Shown piece after piece: positions 1 to 8,308 of a DNA stretch of 64,000 nt. A model generated the notes under the pieces. That model was not told where the DNA came from, made no database searches, and worked only from the letters and a program-made list of their open reading frames with translations. Positions within the stretch are counted from its first letter, which is position 1. Each line of letters begins with the position of its first letter. Location of the stretch: positions 18,655 through 82,654 of the forward strand of contig JACWAF010000005.1 of assembly GCA_014874185.1 (NCBI GenBank). Direction: 5' to 3'. A program made the position numbers and the translations under genes. The DNA is from Nitrospirota bacterium. GTDB lineage: Bacteria > Nitrospirota > Thermodesulfovibrionia > Thermodesulfovibrionales > JdFR-88.

Positions 1-1
1 G

Positions 2-136
2 GTGCTGGGGTACTTCGAGCCGGTGGGCGCTATTGCCCTGGGCGTCGCCTTTTTGGGCGAGTTCCCGGCCGCAAAAAGCGTGCTGGGAGGAATATTGATA
101 CTTGCCGCCGGTTATCTTACACTTAGGGCTGAATGA
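2..136 (+). CDS. DMT/EamA-family transporter, C-terminal fragment (partial, runs off window start)
   Basis: Own translation VLGYFEPVGAIALGVAFLGEFPAAKSVLGGILILAAGYLTLRAE* shows the EP-V..LGE...GG.LI pattern of EamA C-termini. Its TGA overlaps the next ATG (ATGA 133-136). Confidence 0.75.
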   Translation: MLGYFEPVGAIALGVAFLGEFPAAKSVLGGILILAAGYLTLRAE

Positions 137-1578
137 GAAAAGTCCTTCTTCTCCTATATATATTCACAATATTTCTTGGTTCAAAAGCAGGGGCGCAGGA
201 TATACGCCTGACCCTGAAGGATGCCGTTGATACCGCCCTGCGTGAAAACCTTGCCCTGAAGACGGAGGGGCTTAATGTCTCCTCCGCCCGGGCGGATGTG
301 CTGTCAAGAGAGGGGGAGTTCGATACGATATTCAACACCACGGGATATCAGGCGTATCAGAGGCTGGAGACCCCAAACCTCTTCATTCCGTCCCTGACGA
401 TAGACAGCGTATGGAGCATCGGCTTCATGGGCAAGTATTATACCGGCACCCAGTATGACCTCCAGTGGAGGAGCGAGAGGCTGAAGACGAACTTCCCGGC
501 TGAATTCCAGCCGGTGAACCCGTATTACTCCTCCGACCTGGTGCTTACTGTTACCCAGCCTCTTTTGAAGAACAGGGGCATGAGCGTTCAGAAGGCCAGC
601 CTGGACGTGGCGAAGGGCAACGTGAAGATCTCCGGTTACCAGGAGAGGCGGAGGGCGGAGCAGATAGCGCTCCAGACGGCCCAGGCCTATTGGGATCTCT
701 ATTTCAGGATCAGGGACATCGAAGTGGCAAGGCTTGGCCTCAAATCAGCCGAATCGATACTTAAAGAGGTGAAAGAGAAGATAAAAGTGGGCGCTCTGGC
801 CCCGGTTGAGGTATATCAGTCCGAAGCAGACGTTTATGGAAGAAGGGAGGAGCTTATCGCGGCGGAAAAATCATTGATGGACGCGGAAGATTCCATCCGC
901 AGGCTGCTGAACCTGTCCGACTGGACCAGCCCCATAGTGCCTCTTGAGGAACCCGCGGCCCAGAAGACCGGCGTGGCAGAGGAACCCATGGCGGATATCT
1001 TTGCCCGCAGGCCGGACCACAAGGCGGCGCTGGTGTCTTTAAGAAACGCCGTGACGGCAAAGAGGTTTTACCGGAACCAGCTCCTTCCGGACCTGTCTTT
1101 CATAGGCCAGGCCGGCCTTGACGGCCAGCGGGGAAATTACTCGGATGCCATAAGCGATATGGGCTCGGCAAGATATAATGACTGGCAGCTTGGGGTAGGC
1201 CTGAAAATACCGCTGGAAAACAGGTCGGCAAAGGGCCAGTACCAGAAGGCCGTGTACGAGGAGGAGAAGGCTAAGATAAACCTGGCCGACCTTGAGCAGG
1301 GCATAAGAAGCGAGGTGCGCGAGGCGAGGAGGGGGGTACAGGCCGCGAGAGAGGCCCTGGACGCGGCGGAAAAGAAGGCGTTTGCCACAAAAAAAAGGTT
1401 CGATGCCGAAAGGGCCAGGTTTTCGGTGGGGCTTGCCATATTGAACGCCGTTATCAGGTTTGAATACGACTACAGCCGCTCGCAATCAGACCAGTACAGG
1501 GCGCTTGCAAGCTATGCCTATTCCGTTATGAAGCTGGAGCAGGTCTCCGGGACCATCCTGAAGAGGTTCAAGCCCTAG
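133..1578 (+). CDS. TolC-family outer membrane efflux protein
   Basis: Signal peptide, LTLKDAVDTALRENL N-terminus, QPLL and LLPDLSF motifs, helical OEP-repeat character, 481 aa. Confidence 0.85.
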   Translation: MRKVLLLLYIFTIFLGSKAGAQDIRLTLKDAVDTALRENLALKTEGLNVSSARADVLSREGEFDTIFNTTGYQAYQRLETPNLFIPSLTIDSVWSIGFMGKYYTGTQYDLQWRSERLKTNFPAEFQPVNPYYSSDLVLTVTQPLLKNRGMSVQKASLDVAKGNVKISGYQERRRAEQIALQTAQAYWDLYFRIRDIEVARLGLKSAESILKEVKEKIKVGALAPVEVYQSEADVYGRREELIAAEKSLMDAEDSIRRLLNLSDWTSPIVPLEEPAAQKTGVAEEPMADIFARRPDHKAALVSLRNAVTAKRFYRNQLLPDLSFIGQAGLDGQRGNYSDAISDMGSARYNDWQLGVGLKIPLENRSAKGQYQKAVYEEEKAKINLADLEQGIRSEVREARRGVQAAREALDAAEKKAFATKKRFDAERARFSVGLAILNAVIRFEYDYSRSQSDQYRALASYAYSVMKLEQVSGTILKRFKP

Positions 1579-1653
1579 CACTCCCCGGACTTGTAAAGAG
1601 GTTCCAATATCTTGCAAAATATCAACAGGCTCAAAGGAGGGATTCTTTTTTTC

Positions 1654-2289
1654 ATGAAAGTCTGCGAGATATTCACCAGCATACAGGGCGAGTCCAGCTA
1701 TGTAGGGCGCCTGTGCACATTCGTACGCTTCACAGGCTGCAACCTCCGGTGCACTTATTGCGATACCGAATACGCCTACACGGGCGGGGTGGAGCTGAGC
1801 GAGGCCGGGATAATGAACGAGGTGTCGTTGATAGGGGTGAACCTGATCACGGTCACCGGCGGCGAGCCGCTTCTGCAGCCCGGCGTCATGCACCTTACTG
1901 AAAAATTCCTGAACGACGGCCACCGGGTGCTCATCGAGACGAACGGCTCCATGAGCATACGGGATATCGACCCCAGGGCCATCGTTGTCCTGGACGTGAA
2001 GACACCCGGCAGCGGGATGTGGGAGGAGATGGACCTGTCCAATATGGAATTCCTGAAGCCCCAGGACGAGGTCAAGTTCGTGGTCACCGGAAGGGGCGAC
2101 TACCAGTGGGCGAAGGATTTTATAAAAGAATACCGCCTCCTGCAGCGCTCGTCGGTCCTTATATCGCCAGCTTTCGGGGTGCTGGAGCCCTCGGCGCTTG
2201 CGGGCTGGATGCTTGAGGATCGACTGGACGCCAGGTTCAACCTGCAGGCCCACAAGTACATATTCGGCCCGGACAAAAAAGGCGTCTAG
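1654..2289 (+). CDS. queE: 7-carboxy-7-deazaguanine synthase (radical SAM)
   Basis: EIFTSIQGE, FVRFTGCNLRCTYCDT (CxxxCxxC), TGGEP, IETNG, LQAHK. Start moved to ATG 1654. Confidence 0.9.
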   Translation: MKVCEIFTSIQGESSYVGRLCTFVRFTGCNLRCTYCDTEYAYTGGVELSEAGIMNEVSLIGVNLITVTGGEPLLQPGVMHLTEKFLNDGHRVLIETNGSMSIRDIDPRAIVVLDVKTPGSGMWEEMDLSNMEFLKPQDEVKFVVTGRGDYQWAKDFIKEYRLLQRSSVLISPAFGVLEPSALAGWMLEDRLDARFNLQAHKYIFGPDKKGV

Positions 2290-2316
2290 AAGTCTACTGG
2301 ACAAGTCAGCCATATA

Positions 2317-2343
2317 TCATTGCGAGCGGAGCGAGGCAATCTC
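2317..2343. repeat. Short REP/RPE-like palindromic unit (TCATTGCGAGCGGAGCGAGGCAATCTC)
   Basis: Intergenic imperfect palindrome ATTGC...GCAAT of the GTCATTGCGAG-type dispersed repeat class. Confidence 0.55.
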
Positions 2344-2362
2344 GTCAATTTTAATGAGTTGT

Positions 2363-2433
2363 AATCCCCCTCCATCCCCCTTTGGGAAAGGGGGATATCA
2401 AAGTCCCCTCCCTTGGAGGGGTGCAGGGGTGGG
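2363..2433. repeat. C-rich/G-rich hairpin repeat (CCCCCTTTGGGAAAGGGGG; CCCCTCCCTTGGAGGGG)
   Basis: Two tandem hairpins followed by a G-rich tail. The same style recurs at 5970, 8225, 20374 and 48464-48552. Confidence 0.6.
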
Positions 2434-2484
2434 TACTGGCGATTTAGATTGAATAACCCCCGCCAATCCGCTTAAAATCTCATT

Positions 2485-5115
2485 GTGGACATAATATTAG
2501 GACATATAAACGCCGATTTCGACGCCTTCGCCTCGATGGTTGCCGCGAAAAGGCTCTATCCGGATGCCGCGCTCGTCTTCCCAGGCTCACAGGAGAAGAA
2601 GGTGCGCGACTTTCTGGAGGCCTTCCATCCGGCTGAAATAAGGCGCATCAAGGACTTGGATTTCGATGAGGTCACAAGGATAATAGCGGTGGACTCGAAG
2701 TCCCCGGACCGCCTGGGGCCGTTCGAGCCCCTGCTCTCGAAACCCGATATGAAGGTGCACGTCTATGACCACCACCAGCACGAGGCCGGAGACATTCACG
2801 GCGAGGTGGAGGTGATAGAGCCGGTTGGCGCGACTGCCACTATCTTTACCGAGATGCTGAAAAGCAAAAATAAAAAACCCACGCCGATGGAGGCCACCAT
2901 CCTTGCGCTTGGGATACATGAGGAGACGGGAAGCCTCCTCTATCCGTCCACCACTGAGCGGGACATTGCAGCATTGGCCTATCTCCTTAAAAACGGGGCC
3001 AGCCAGAGGATCGTCTCCAGCTATATGAAAACGGAACTCCTCAAAAAAGACGAGATCGCCGTCCTGAACATGCTGCTGGATAATTCCGAGGAGCTTATAG
3101 TACACGGGCTGAGGGTGAAGATAGCAAAGGCCTCGCCGGAGAGTTACATGGGAGATGCCGCGCAGTTCGCCCACAGCATTATGGAGATGGAAGACATTGA
3201 CGCCCTAGTCGTGATGCTGGCGATGGACGGGAAGGTGACGCTCATCGGGCGGAGCAGGGCGCCGGAGCTGAACATAGCCGAGGTGCTCTCCGAGTTCGGG
3301 GGCGGGGGGCATTGGTCCGCCGCGTCGGCCACCATACAGGAGATGCCCTTCGAGATGATAGAAGAAAGGCTCACCGGTGCCTTGGAAAAGGCGGTGCGCC
3401 CGGAGATGACCGCGGGTGACATAATGACACGCCCGGTGATAACCACCGGTTACAAGAGCACAATAAAGGAAGCCGAGAGCACCATGACCCGGTACGGCGT
3501 GAACGTCCTGCCCGTGCTGGACAAAGATGGAAGATATATCGGCCTTATCTCGCGCGAGATCGTGGAGAAGGCCCTTTTCCACGGGTTCGCTAAAAGCAGG
3601 ATAACGGACTTCACCACCACGGACGTCTTCACGGCAGGCCCAAATGCCTCCTTGCGGGAGGTGGAGTCCCTGATGATAGAGCGCAACCAGCGCTTCATGC
3701 CCGTGCTGGAGGGCGAGAAGATTGTCGGCGCAATCACGAGGACGGACCTCCTCAGGACGATGTACGAGGAATACCTGAGGCGCGCGAGGATAAGGGGAGA
3801 GGAGGTAGAGCCCAAGCCCCACTTTGAGCGTAACCTGGCCGCAAGCATAAAAGAGCGCTATCCCGAAGATGTGGTGCGTCTTCTGGAAGACGCGGGCGGG
3901 GTGGCCGGGGAGATGGGCTGCAATGTTTACATGGTGGGCGGCTCGGTAAGGGACCTGTTGAGGGGCGAGGAGAACCTGGATATAGACCTCGTTGTGGAGG
4001 GGGACGCGATAGAGTTCGCAAAAGAGCTTGCGGGAAGGCTGAAAGCGAAGATACGCACGCACGAGCGCTTCGGCACGGCGGTGCTTGTAACGGACAAGCT
4101 GAAGATAGACCTTGCCACGGCAAGGACCGAGTACTATGAGTTTCCGGCGGCCCTTCCGAAGGTGGAAAGCTCTTCAATAAAGAAAGACCTGCAAAGAAGG
4201 GACTTCACCATCAACACGCTTGCCGTGAAGCTCGCCCCGCGCGAGTTCGGAAAGCTGGTGGATTTTTTCGGCGGCAGGAGAGACCTGCGGGAGAGGACCA
4301 TCCGCGTCCTCCACGACCTGAGCTTCATCGAAGACCCCACGCGCGCCTTCAGGGCCGTGAGGTTCGCGGTGCGCTTCGGGTTCAAGCTCTCGAAGCACAC
4401 GGAGGAGCTTTTGAAATCAAGCCTCAAGATGGACCTCTTCGGCAGGCTCTCCGGGGCGAGGCTTTACGAGGAGCTTATACTGAGCTTCAAGGAGGCAGAC
4501 CCGATAGAGGTTGTTAAAAGGCTCTCCGATTACGGGCTCCTGAAGGTGATAAGCCCCGCTCTGAAGCTGGACGCGGAGCTGCTGGGGGTGCTGGAGTCGC
4601 TCCATGCGACCCTCCTCTGGTTCGACCTGTCTTTTCTGGAGGAGAAGGAAGACAAGCCTCTTTTATATCTGATGGCGCTCCTGAGCAAACTTTCAGAGGA
4701 GGGCAGGGCAGAGGCCCTTAAGCGGCTGGACGTCTCGCCGAAGATAAAAGAACTGGTCACGCGAGGGACACGCGACGCGGCAATGATATTGGGGAAACTT
4801 CCGCTGAAAGACCCCGCCCCGGTTTACGACCTTTTATACGGGCATTCGCTGGAGGAGCTTCTTTTCGCCATGTCCCTGACCGCTTCGGCCGAAAAGAAGA
4901 AAGAGATATCGCACTATCTCCTTGAGATGCGGAAAATAAAACCCTTCATCACGGGGCGCGACCTGAAGGCGATGGGCTTCGAACCTGGCCCGGTATATTC
5001 CGGGATATTGAAGGCCGTCCTCCACGAAAGGCTCCGCGGAAGGCTAAAGAGCAAAGAGGACGAAGAGAACTTCGTGCGGGCTCACTTCAGGCCCAGCACG
5101 TCCTGCATATCGTAA
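2485..5115 (+). CDS. DHH-DHHA1-CBS-fused tRNA nucleotidyltransferase (probably A-adding type)
   Basis: GHINADFD, DHH and GGGGH motifs, a CBS pair, then VGGSVRD-DID, ARTEYY, DLQRRDFTIN and EDPTR class II nucleotidyltransferase motifs. Confidence 0.88.
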   Translation: MDIILGHINADFDAFASMVAAKRLYPDAALVFPGSQEKKVRDFLEAFHPAEIRRIKDLDFDEVTRIIAVDSKSPDRLGPFEPLLSKPDMKVHVYDHHQHEAGDIHGEVEVIEPVGATATIFTEMLKSKNKKPTPMEATILALGIHEETGSLLYPSTTERDIAALAYLLKNGASQRIVSSYMKTELLKKDEIAVLNMLLDNSEELIVHGLRVKIAKASPESYMGDAAQFAHSIMEMEDIDALVVMLAMDGKVTLIGRSRAPELNIAEVLSEFGGGGHWSAASATIQEMPFEMIEERLTGALEKAVRPEMTAGDIMTRPVITTGYKSTIKEAESTMTRYGVNVLPVLDKDGRYIGLISREIVEKALFHGFAKSRITDFTTTDVFTAGPNASLREVESLMIERNQRFMPVLEGEKIVGAITRTDLLRTMYEEYLRRARIRGEEVEPKPHFERNLAASIKERYPEDVVRLLEDAGGVAGEMGCNVYMVGGSVRDLLRGEENLDIDLVVEGDAIEFAKELAGRLKAKIRTHERFGTAVLVTDKLKIDLATARTEYYEFPAALPKVESSSIKKDLQRRDFTINTLAVKLAPREFGKLVDFFGGRRDLRERTIRVLHDLSFIEDPTRAFRAVRFAVRFGFKLSKHTEELLKSSLKMDLFGRLSGARLYEELILSFKEADPIEVVKRLSDYGLLKVISPALKLDAELLGVLESLHATLLWFDLSFLEEKEDKPLLYLMALLSKLSEEGRAEALKRLDVSPKIKELVTRGTRDAAMILGKLPLKDPAPVYDLLYGHSLEELLFAMSLTASAEKKKEISHYLLEMRKIKPFITGRDLKAMGFEPGPVYSGILKAVLHERLRGRLKSKEDEENFVRAHFRPSTSCIS

Positions 5116-5885
5116 AGCCCCGGTTTCTTCCCCTCAAGCCACATGGCGGCCCTGAGGGCCCCCCTGGCAAAGGTGTCCCTGCTTGAGGCGCGGTGGGTTA
5201 TCTCCACCCGTTCGCCAAGCCCGCCGAAGAGGACTGTATGTTCGCCAACTATATCGCCGGCCCTTATCGTCTGGATGCCTATCTCGGTCTTTGACCTCTC
5301 GCCGATGATCCCCTTCCTGCTGTAGACGGCCACTTCTTCCAGGTTCCGCTCCAGCCCTTCGGCAACGGCCTCGGCCATCTTTATGGCCGTCCCCGATGGG
5401 GCGTCCTTCTTCATCCTGTGGTGGGCCTCTATTATCTCCACGTCGTATTCGCTTCCAAGCGCGCGGGCCACGTCCTTGAGGACCTTTAAAAGCAGGTTCA
5501 CGCCAAGGCTCATGTTGAATGCCATGACGGAAGGGATGTCTTTGAGGATGGGTTTTATCCCGGCAAGTTCTTCCTTTTTGAACCCGGTCGTGCCCACTAC
5601 CATCGCTTTTCCGGCTTTCGCGCAGGCCTTCGCGTGGGAGATGGCGGCGGAAGGGCTTGTGAAATCTATTACCAGGTCGGCGCCGGCCAAGGCAGCCTCT
5701 ATATTGTCTTTCAGCTCTATATCCAGACCGGGGATGCCCAGGAGCGCGCCCAGGTTTTTACCCGTATCCGGGTGGCCTCTGGCCTCGAATGCGCCCGTTA
5801 ATTTGACCCCTTCGTACTCGCGGGAAATGGCCGCTATCCTTGAGCCCATCCTGCCCCTTGCGCCAGCGATGGCTATCCTCATCAT
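5082..5885 (-). CDS. dapB: 4-hydroxy-tetrahydrodipicolinate reductase
   Basis: GARGRMG, IDFT, VGTTG, EAHHRMKKDAPSGTA, RAGDIVGEH. SD AGGAGG favours ATG 5885. The 3' end overlaps the convergent nucleotidyltransferase gene by 34 bp. Confidence 0.95.
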   Translation of the reverse strand: MMRIAIAGARGRMGSRIAAISREYEGVKLTGAFEARGHPDTGKNLGALLGIPGLDIELKDNIEAALAGADLVIDFTSPSAAISHAKACAKAGKAMVVGTTGFKKEELAGIKPILKDIPSVMAFNMSLGVNLLLKVLKDVARALGSEYDVEIIEAHHRMKKDAPSGTAIKMAEAVAEGLERNLEEVAVYSRKGIIGERSKTEIGIQTIRAGDIVGEHTVLFGGLGERVEITHRASSRDTFARGALRAAMWLEGKKPGLYDMQDVLGLK

Positions 5886-5969
5886 GTGCGACACCTCCTT
5901 GGTCTTGCGATCAGGGACTTATAATAGCAGATAGAGAGGCCGCGGTACATGCCGGGTCTAATTAATCGG

Positions 5970-6010
5970 CCCGCTCTCCGGATTCTGGGAGAGGGGCAGG
6001 GGGTGAGGGA
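5970..6010. repeat. C-rich/G-rich hairpin repeat (CTCTCC...GGAGAGGGGCAGGGGGTGAGGG)
   Basis: Intergenic hairpin plus GGGGTGAGGG tail. Confidence 0.55.
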
Positions 6011-6049
6011 ATTTGTTTGTTCCCTTAAAAAGAGGTATTGAAATTCGCC

Positions 6050-6421
6050 TCACGCCTTGTCTATTACTATATTCGTCTCGTCCCGGGCCTGTTTCAATAT
6101 CGAGGGGTCGCCCTTTATCCTTCCTATCAGGTTCACGTCGCTTGCGGGCACGGGCTTGTCGTCCTTGCTGAGGGGAGTAGGGCCGAAGAATATCGCGACG
6201 GCCTTGCCCGGGGGCCAGTAGCCGATGTCGCCTATATTCACGTCGCTGGTGGCCGATTCGTCCGGGTCCATGTAGAGGGGCACCTCGAAATAGAACTCGT
6301 CTCCCCAGTTGTTGCAGAAGCCCTCGACGGGCAGGATGTCGTACACGGCCCTGGCTGTCTCGTTGTCGAAGAGTTCCGCGGCGAGCTCGACCTTGTCGCC
6401 CACTTTTATCCTGATGTCCAT
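6050..6421 (-). CDS. Cyclophilin-like fold protein (DUF369/TM1367-like)
   Basis: WGDEFYF, GDIGYWPPG.A..IFFGPTP and PASDVNLIG motifs. Confidence 0.8.
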   Translation of the reverse strand: MDIRIKVGDKVELAAELFDNETARAVYDILPVEGFCNNWGDEFYFEVPLYMDPDESATSDVNIGDIGYWPPGKAVAIFFGPTPLSKDDKPVPASDVNLIGRIKGDPSILKQARDETNIVIDKA

Positions 6422-6461
6422 TTTACCCTCCCGGCCCCTCCCGTCCGCTGACGGGCGCGGC

Positions 6462-6827
6462 TTAAGGCATGGTTATCGTGATCTCGTAGCCGCCTAATGA
6501 GATCTTATCGGCAATCCCGCTATCCCACAAGGCCGATGTGAGTTTTGCCTTCATATGTTTGGGCAGGATCACCATCAGCCTGGGCCCGCCCGATACCAGC
6601 TTTCTCCATACTTCTATTTTATCAGGAGAAAAGCTGTTTTCAGTCTCCACTTCCACCAGGGCAAGCACCATCCCGTGCTCTGAGAGGACCATGTCCGGGA
6701 ATTCACCGTTGAACTCGTGGGCCTTCTCGCCGGAGAGGTTTATTTTTATCTCCTTGTACTGGTGCCGGAGCTTTTTCCTTATCTCCTCGACTATCGCGTC
6801 GTGTACGGCATGCTCGCTCTGGTCCAT
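6462..6827 (-). CDS. Hypothetical protein, possible PD-(D/E)xK-like fold
   Basis: Abuts yacG in an apparent operon. Contains FPDMVL...LVEVET. Confidence 0.6.
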   Translation of the reverse strand: MDQSEHAVHDAIVEEIRKKLRHQYKEIKINLSGEKAHEFNGEFPDMVLSEHGMVLALVEVETENSFSPDKIEVWRKLVSGGPRLMVILPKHMKAKLTSALWDSGIADKISLGGYEITITMP

Positions 6828-7043
6828 CTATCCGGGCCCCTCCCTTCTGCTGTTGCCGTCAGTCTTTTCGGCCTCTTCCCCGTCTTCCCTTTCCACCTTC
6901 TCGCCTGGTATCCTGTAATCCCCGCCCGCCCACCGGCCAAGGTCTATTGTCCTGCACCTCTCGGAGCAGAAGGGCCGCCAGGGGTTGCCCTCCCATTCGA
7001 TTTCCTTGCCGCACTGCGGGCAGCGAAGTTTTTTCTTCTTCAT
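6828..7043 (-). CDS. yacG: DNA gyrase inhibitor YacG
   Basis: CPQC...[18 protein letters not shown]...YRIPG zinc finger. Confidence 0.92.
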   Translation of the reverse strand: MKKKKLRCPQCGKEIEWEGNPWRPFCSERCRTIDLGRWAGGDYRIPGEKVEREDGEEAEKTDGNSRREGPG

Positions 7044-8200
7044 TTCTTTATTATGTTGACCTTTCCTTTCAGGTTGTCCGAGATGAAAACCTTCCCGTTG
7101 TCGTCGATGGTAACCGCCCCGAAGCCGAGCCGTTCCAACTGTTTCACCCGTTCAATGCCCTTCTGCGGGCCCATGACGAATATCCCCGTGGAGAACCCGT
7201 CAGAGAGATAGCCATGCGGCGCGATTATGCTTACGCTTTCGAACCCCCTTGCCGGATAGCCGGTCCTGGGGTTCAGGATATGGAAGTACATGACGCCGTT
7301 TTTGAAGAAATATCGCTCGTAGTCGCCCGATGTCGATATGCCCTGGTCAACAAGCTCCACAGTGGCGAATATGCCGCTTTGGCCATGGCCTTCAAGAGGG
7401 CGCGGGTCACGTATCGCAACCAGCCAGCCGTGCCCGTCGGGTTTCCTGCCGAACGCCTTTATGTCCCCGGCTATGGCAATAAGCCCGGCCTTTATCCCGT
7501 GCTCTTTCAGCACCCGCTCGGCATAGTCAGCGCCCCAGCCCTTGGCTATCCCGCCCGTGTCGAAGGTCATGCCCTTTCGTTTTAGAAAGACGGTCGAGTT
7601 TTTAGGGTCTACCACCACCTGCCTGTAATCCACGTCCTTCAAGGCCTTCTTTATGGCCGCGTCAGAGGGCTTTATCTGCCTGTGGAAGTCCCACTGGCTT
7701 ATAACAGGGCCGATGGTGCCGTCAAAGCCTCCGTCGGTCATTTTGGAGGCATAGAGGGCGTCCTGCACCAGGTCCAGCGTCTCAGGCGAGACCTTCACCG
7801 GCGCGACGCCGGCCTTGTCGCTGATGGCCCATATCTCGCTCTTTTTGTCCCAGAAACTTATCAGCTTTTCCAGCCTGTGGAGTTCGGCAAAGGCGGCGTC
7901 AATTGCCCCGTTGGCCTGCCTGCTGGAATCCGATACAACCGTGATCGTTACAAGCGTATCCATGATAATAGAGCTTTTTTTATAGATATTCTGTTCCGGC
8001 CTGGGGGAGCATGAAAAGAGCATAAAAGCGCACAGGAACAGAGAAAAAACTGAAAGACGTCTATTTAAGATATTGATTTTCATGGATGACCATGCACTCC
8101 AGGTCATTCCCGCGAAAGCGGGAATCCAGATCCAAAAATGTTTTTTGAAAGGCTTACAAACTGGATTCCCGCTTTCGCGGGAATGACGAACTATTTTCAC
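7040..8200 (-). CDS. apbE: FAD:protein FMN transferase lipoprotein (start GTG 8200 or ATG 8083)
   Basis: Lipobox [43 protein letters not shown]. Confidence 0.9.
   Translation of the reverse strand: MKIVRHSRESGNPVCKPFKKHFWIWIPAFAGMTWSAWSSMKINILNRRLSVFSLFLCAFMLFSCSPRPEQNIYKKSSIIMDTLVTITVVSDSSRQANGAIDAAFAELHRLEKLISFWDKKSEIWAISDKAGVAPVKVSPETLDLVQDALYASKMTDGGFDGTIGPVISQWDFHRQIKPSDAAIKKALKDVDYRQVVVDPKNSTVFLKRKGMTFDTGGIAKGWGADYAERVLKEHGIKAGLIAIAGDIKAFGRKPDGHGWLVAIRDPRPLEGHGQSGIFATVELVDQGISTSGDYERYFFKNGVMYFHILNPRTGYPARGFESVSIIAPHGYLSDGFSTGIFVMGPQKGIERVKQLERLGFGAVTIDDNGKVFISDNLKGKVNIIKK
8103..8187. repeat. RPE/dRS3-like palindromic element with 27-bp perfect inverted arms
   Basis: GTCATTCCCGCGAAAGCGGGAATCCAG ... 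CTGGATTCCCGCTTTCGCGGGAATGAC. Confidence 0.85.
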
Positions 8201-8224
8201 TTTTCCTCCTGATTGAAATGCTGT

Positions 8225-8261
8225 TCACCCCCCCTTAAATTAAGGGGGGACAGGGGGGGGT
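8225..8261. repeat. C-rich/G-rich hairpin repeat
   Basis: CCCCCCTTAAATTAAGGGGGG followed by ACAGGGGGGGG. Confidence 0.55.
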
Positions 8262-8308
8262 ACCAGCTATCGGCATCGCACTTGTAATGCTATGATTTGC
8301 CTTTCCCA

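Noticed and set aside
1595-1640. Possible preQ1 riboswitch before queE (AGAGGTTC)
   Set aside because: No complementary CCTCT to close the stem and no proper A-rich tail.
2198-2452. 84-aa ORF after queE
   Set aside because: It is mostly translated repeat sequence (HCERSEAIS, PPPSPFGKGG).
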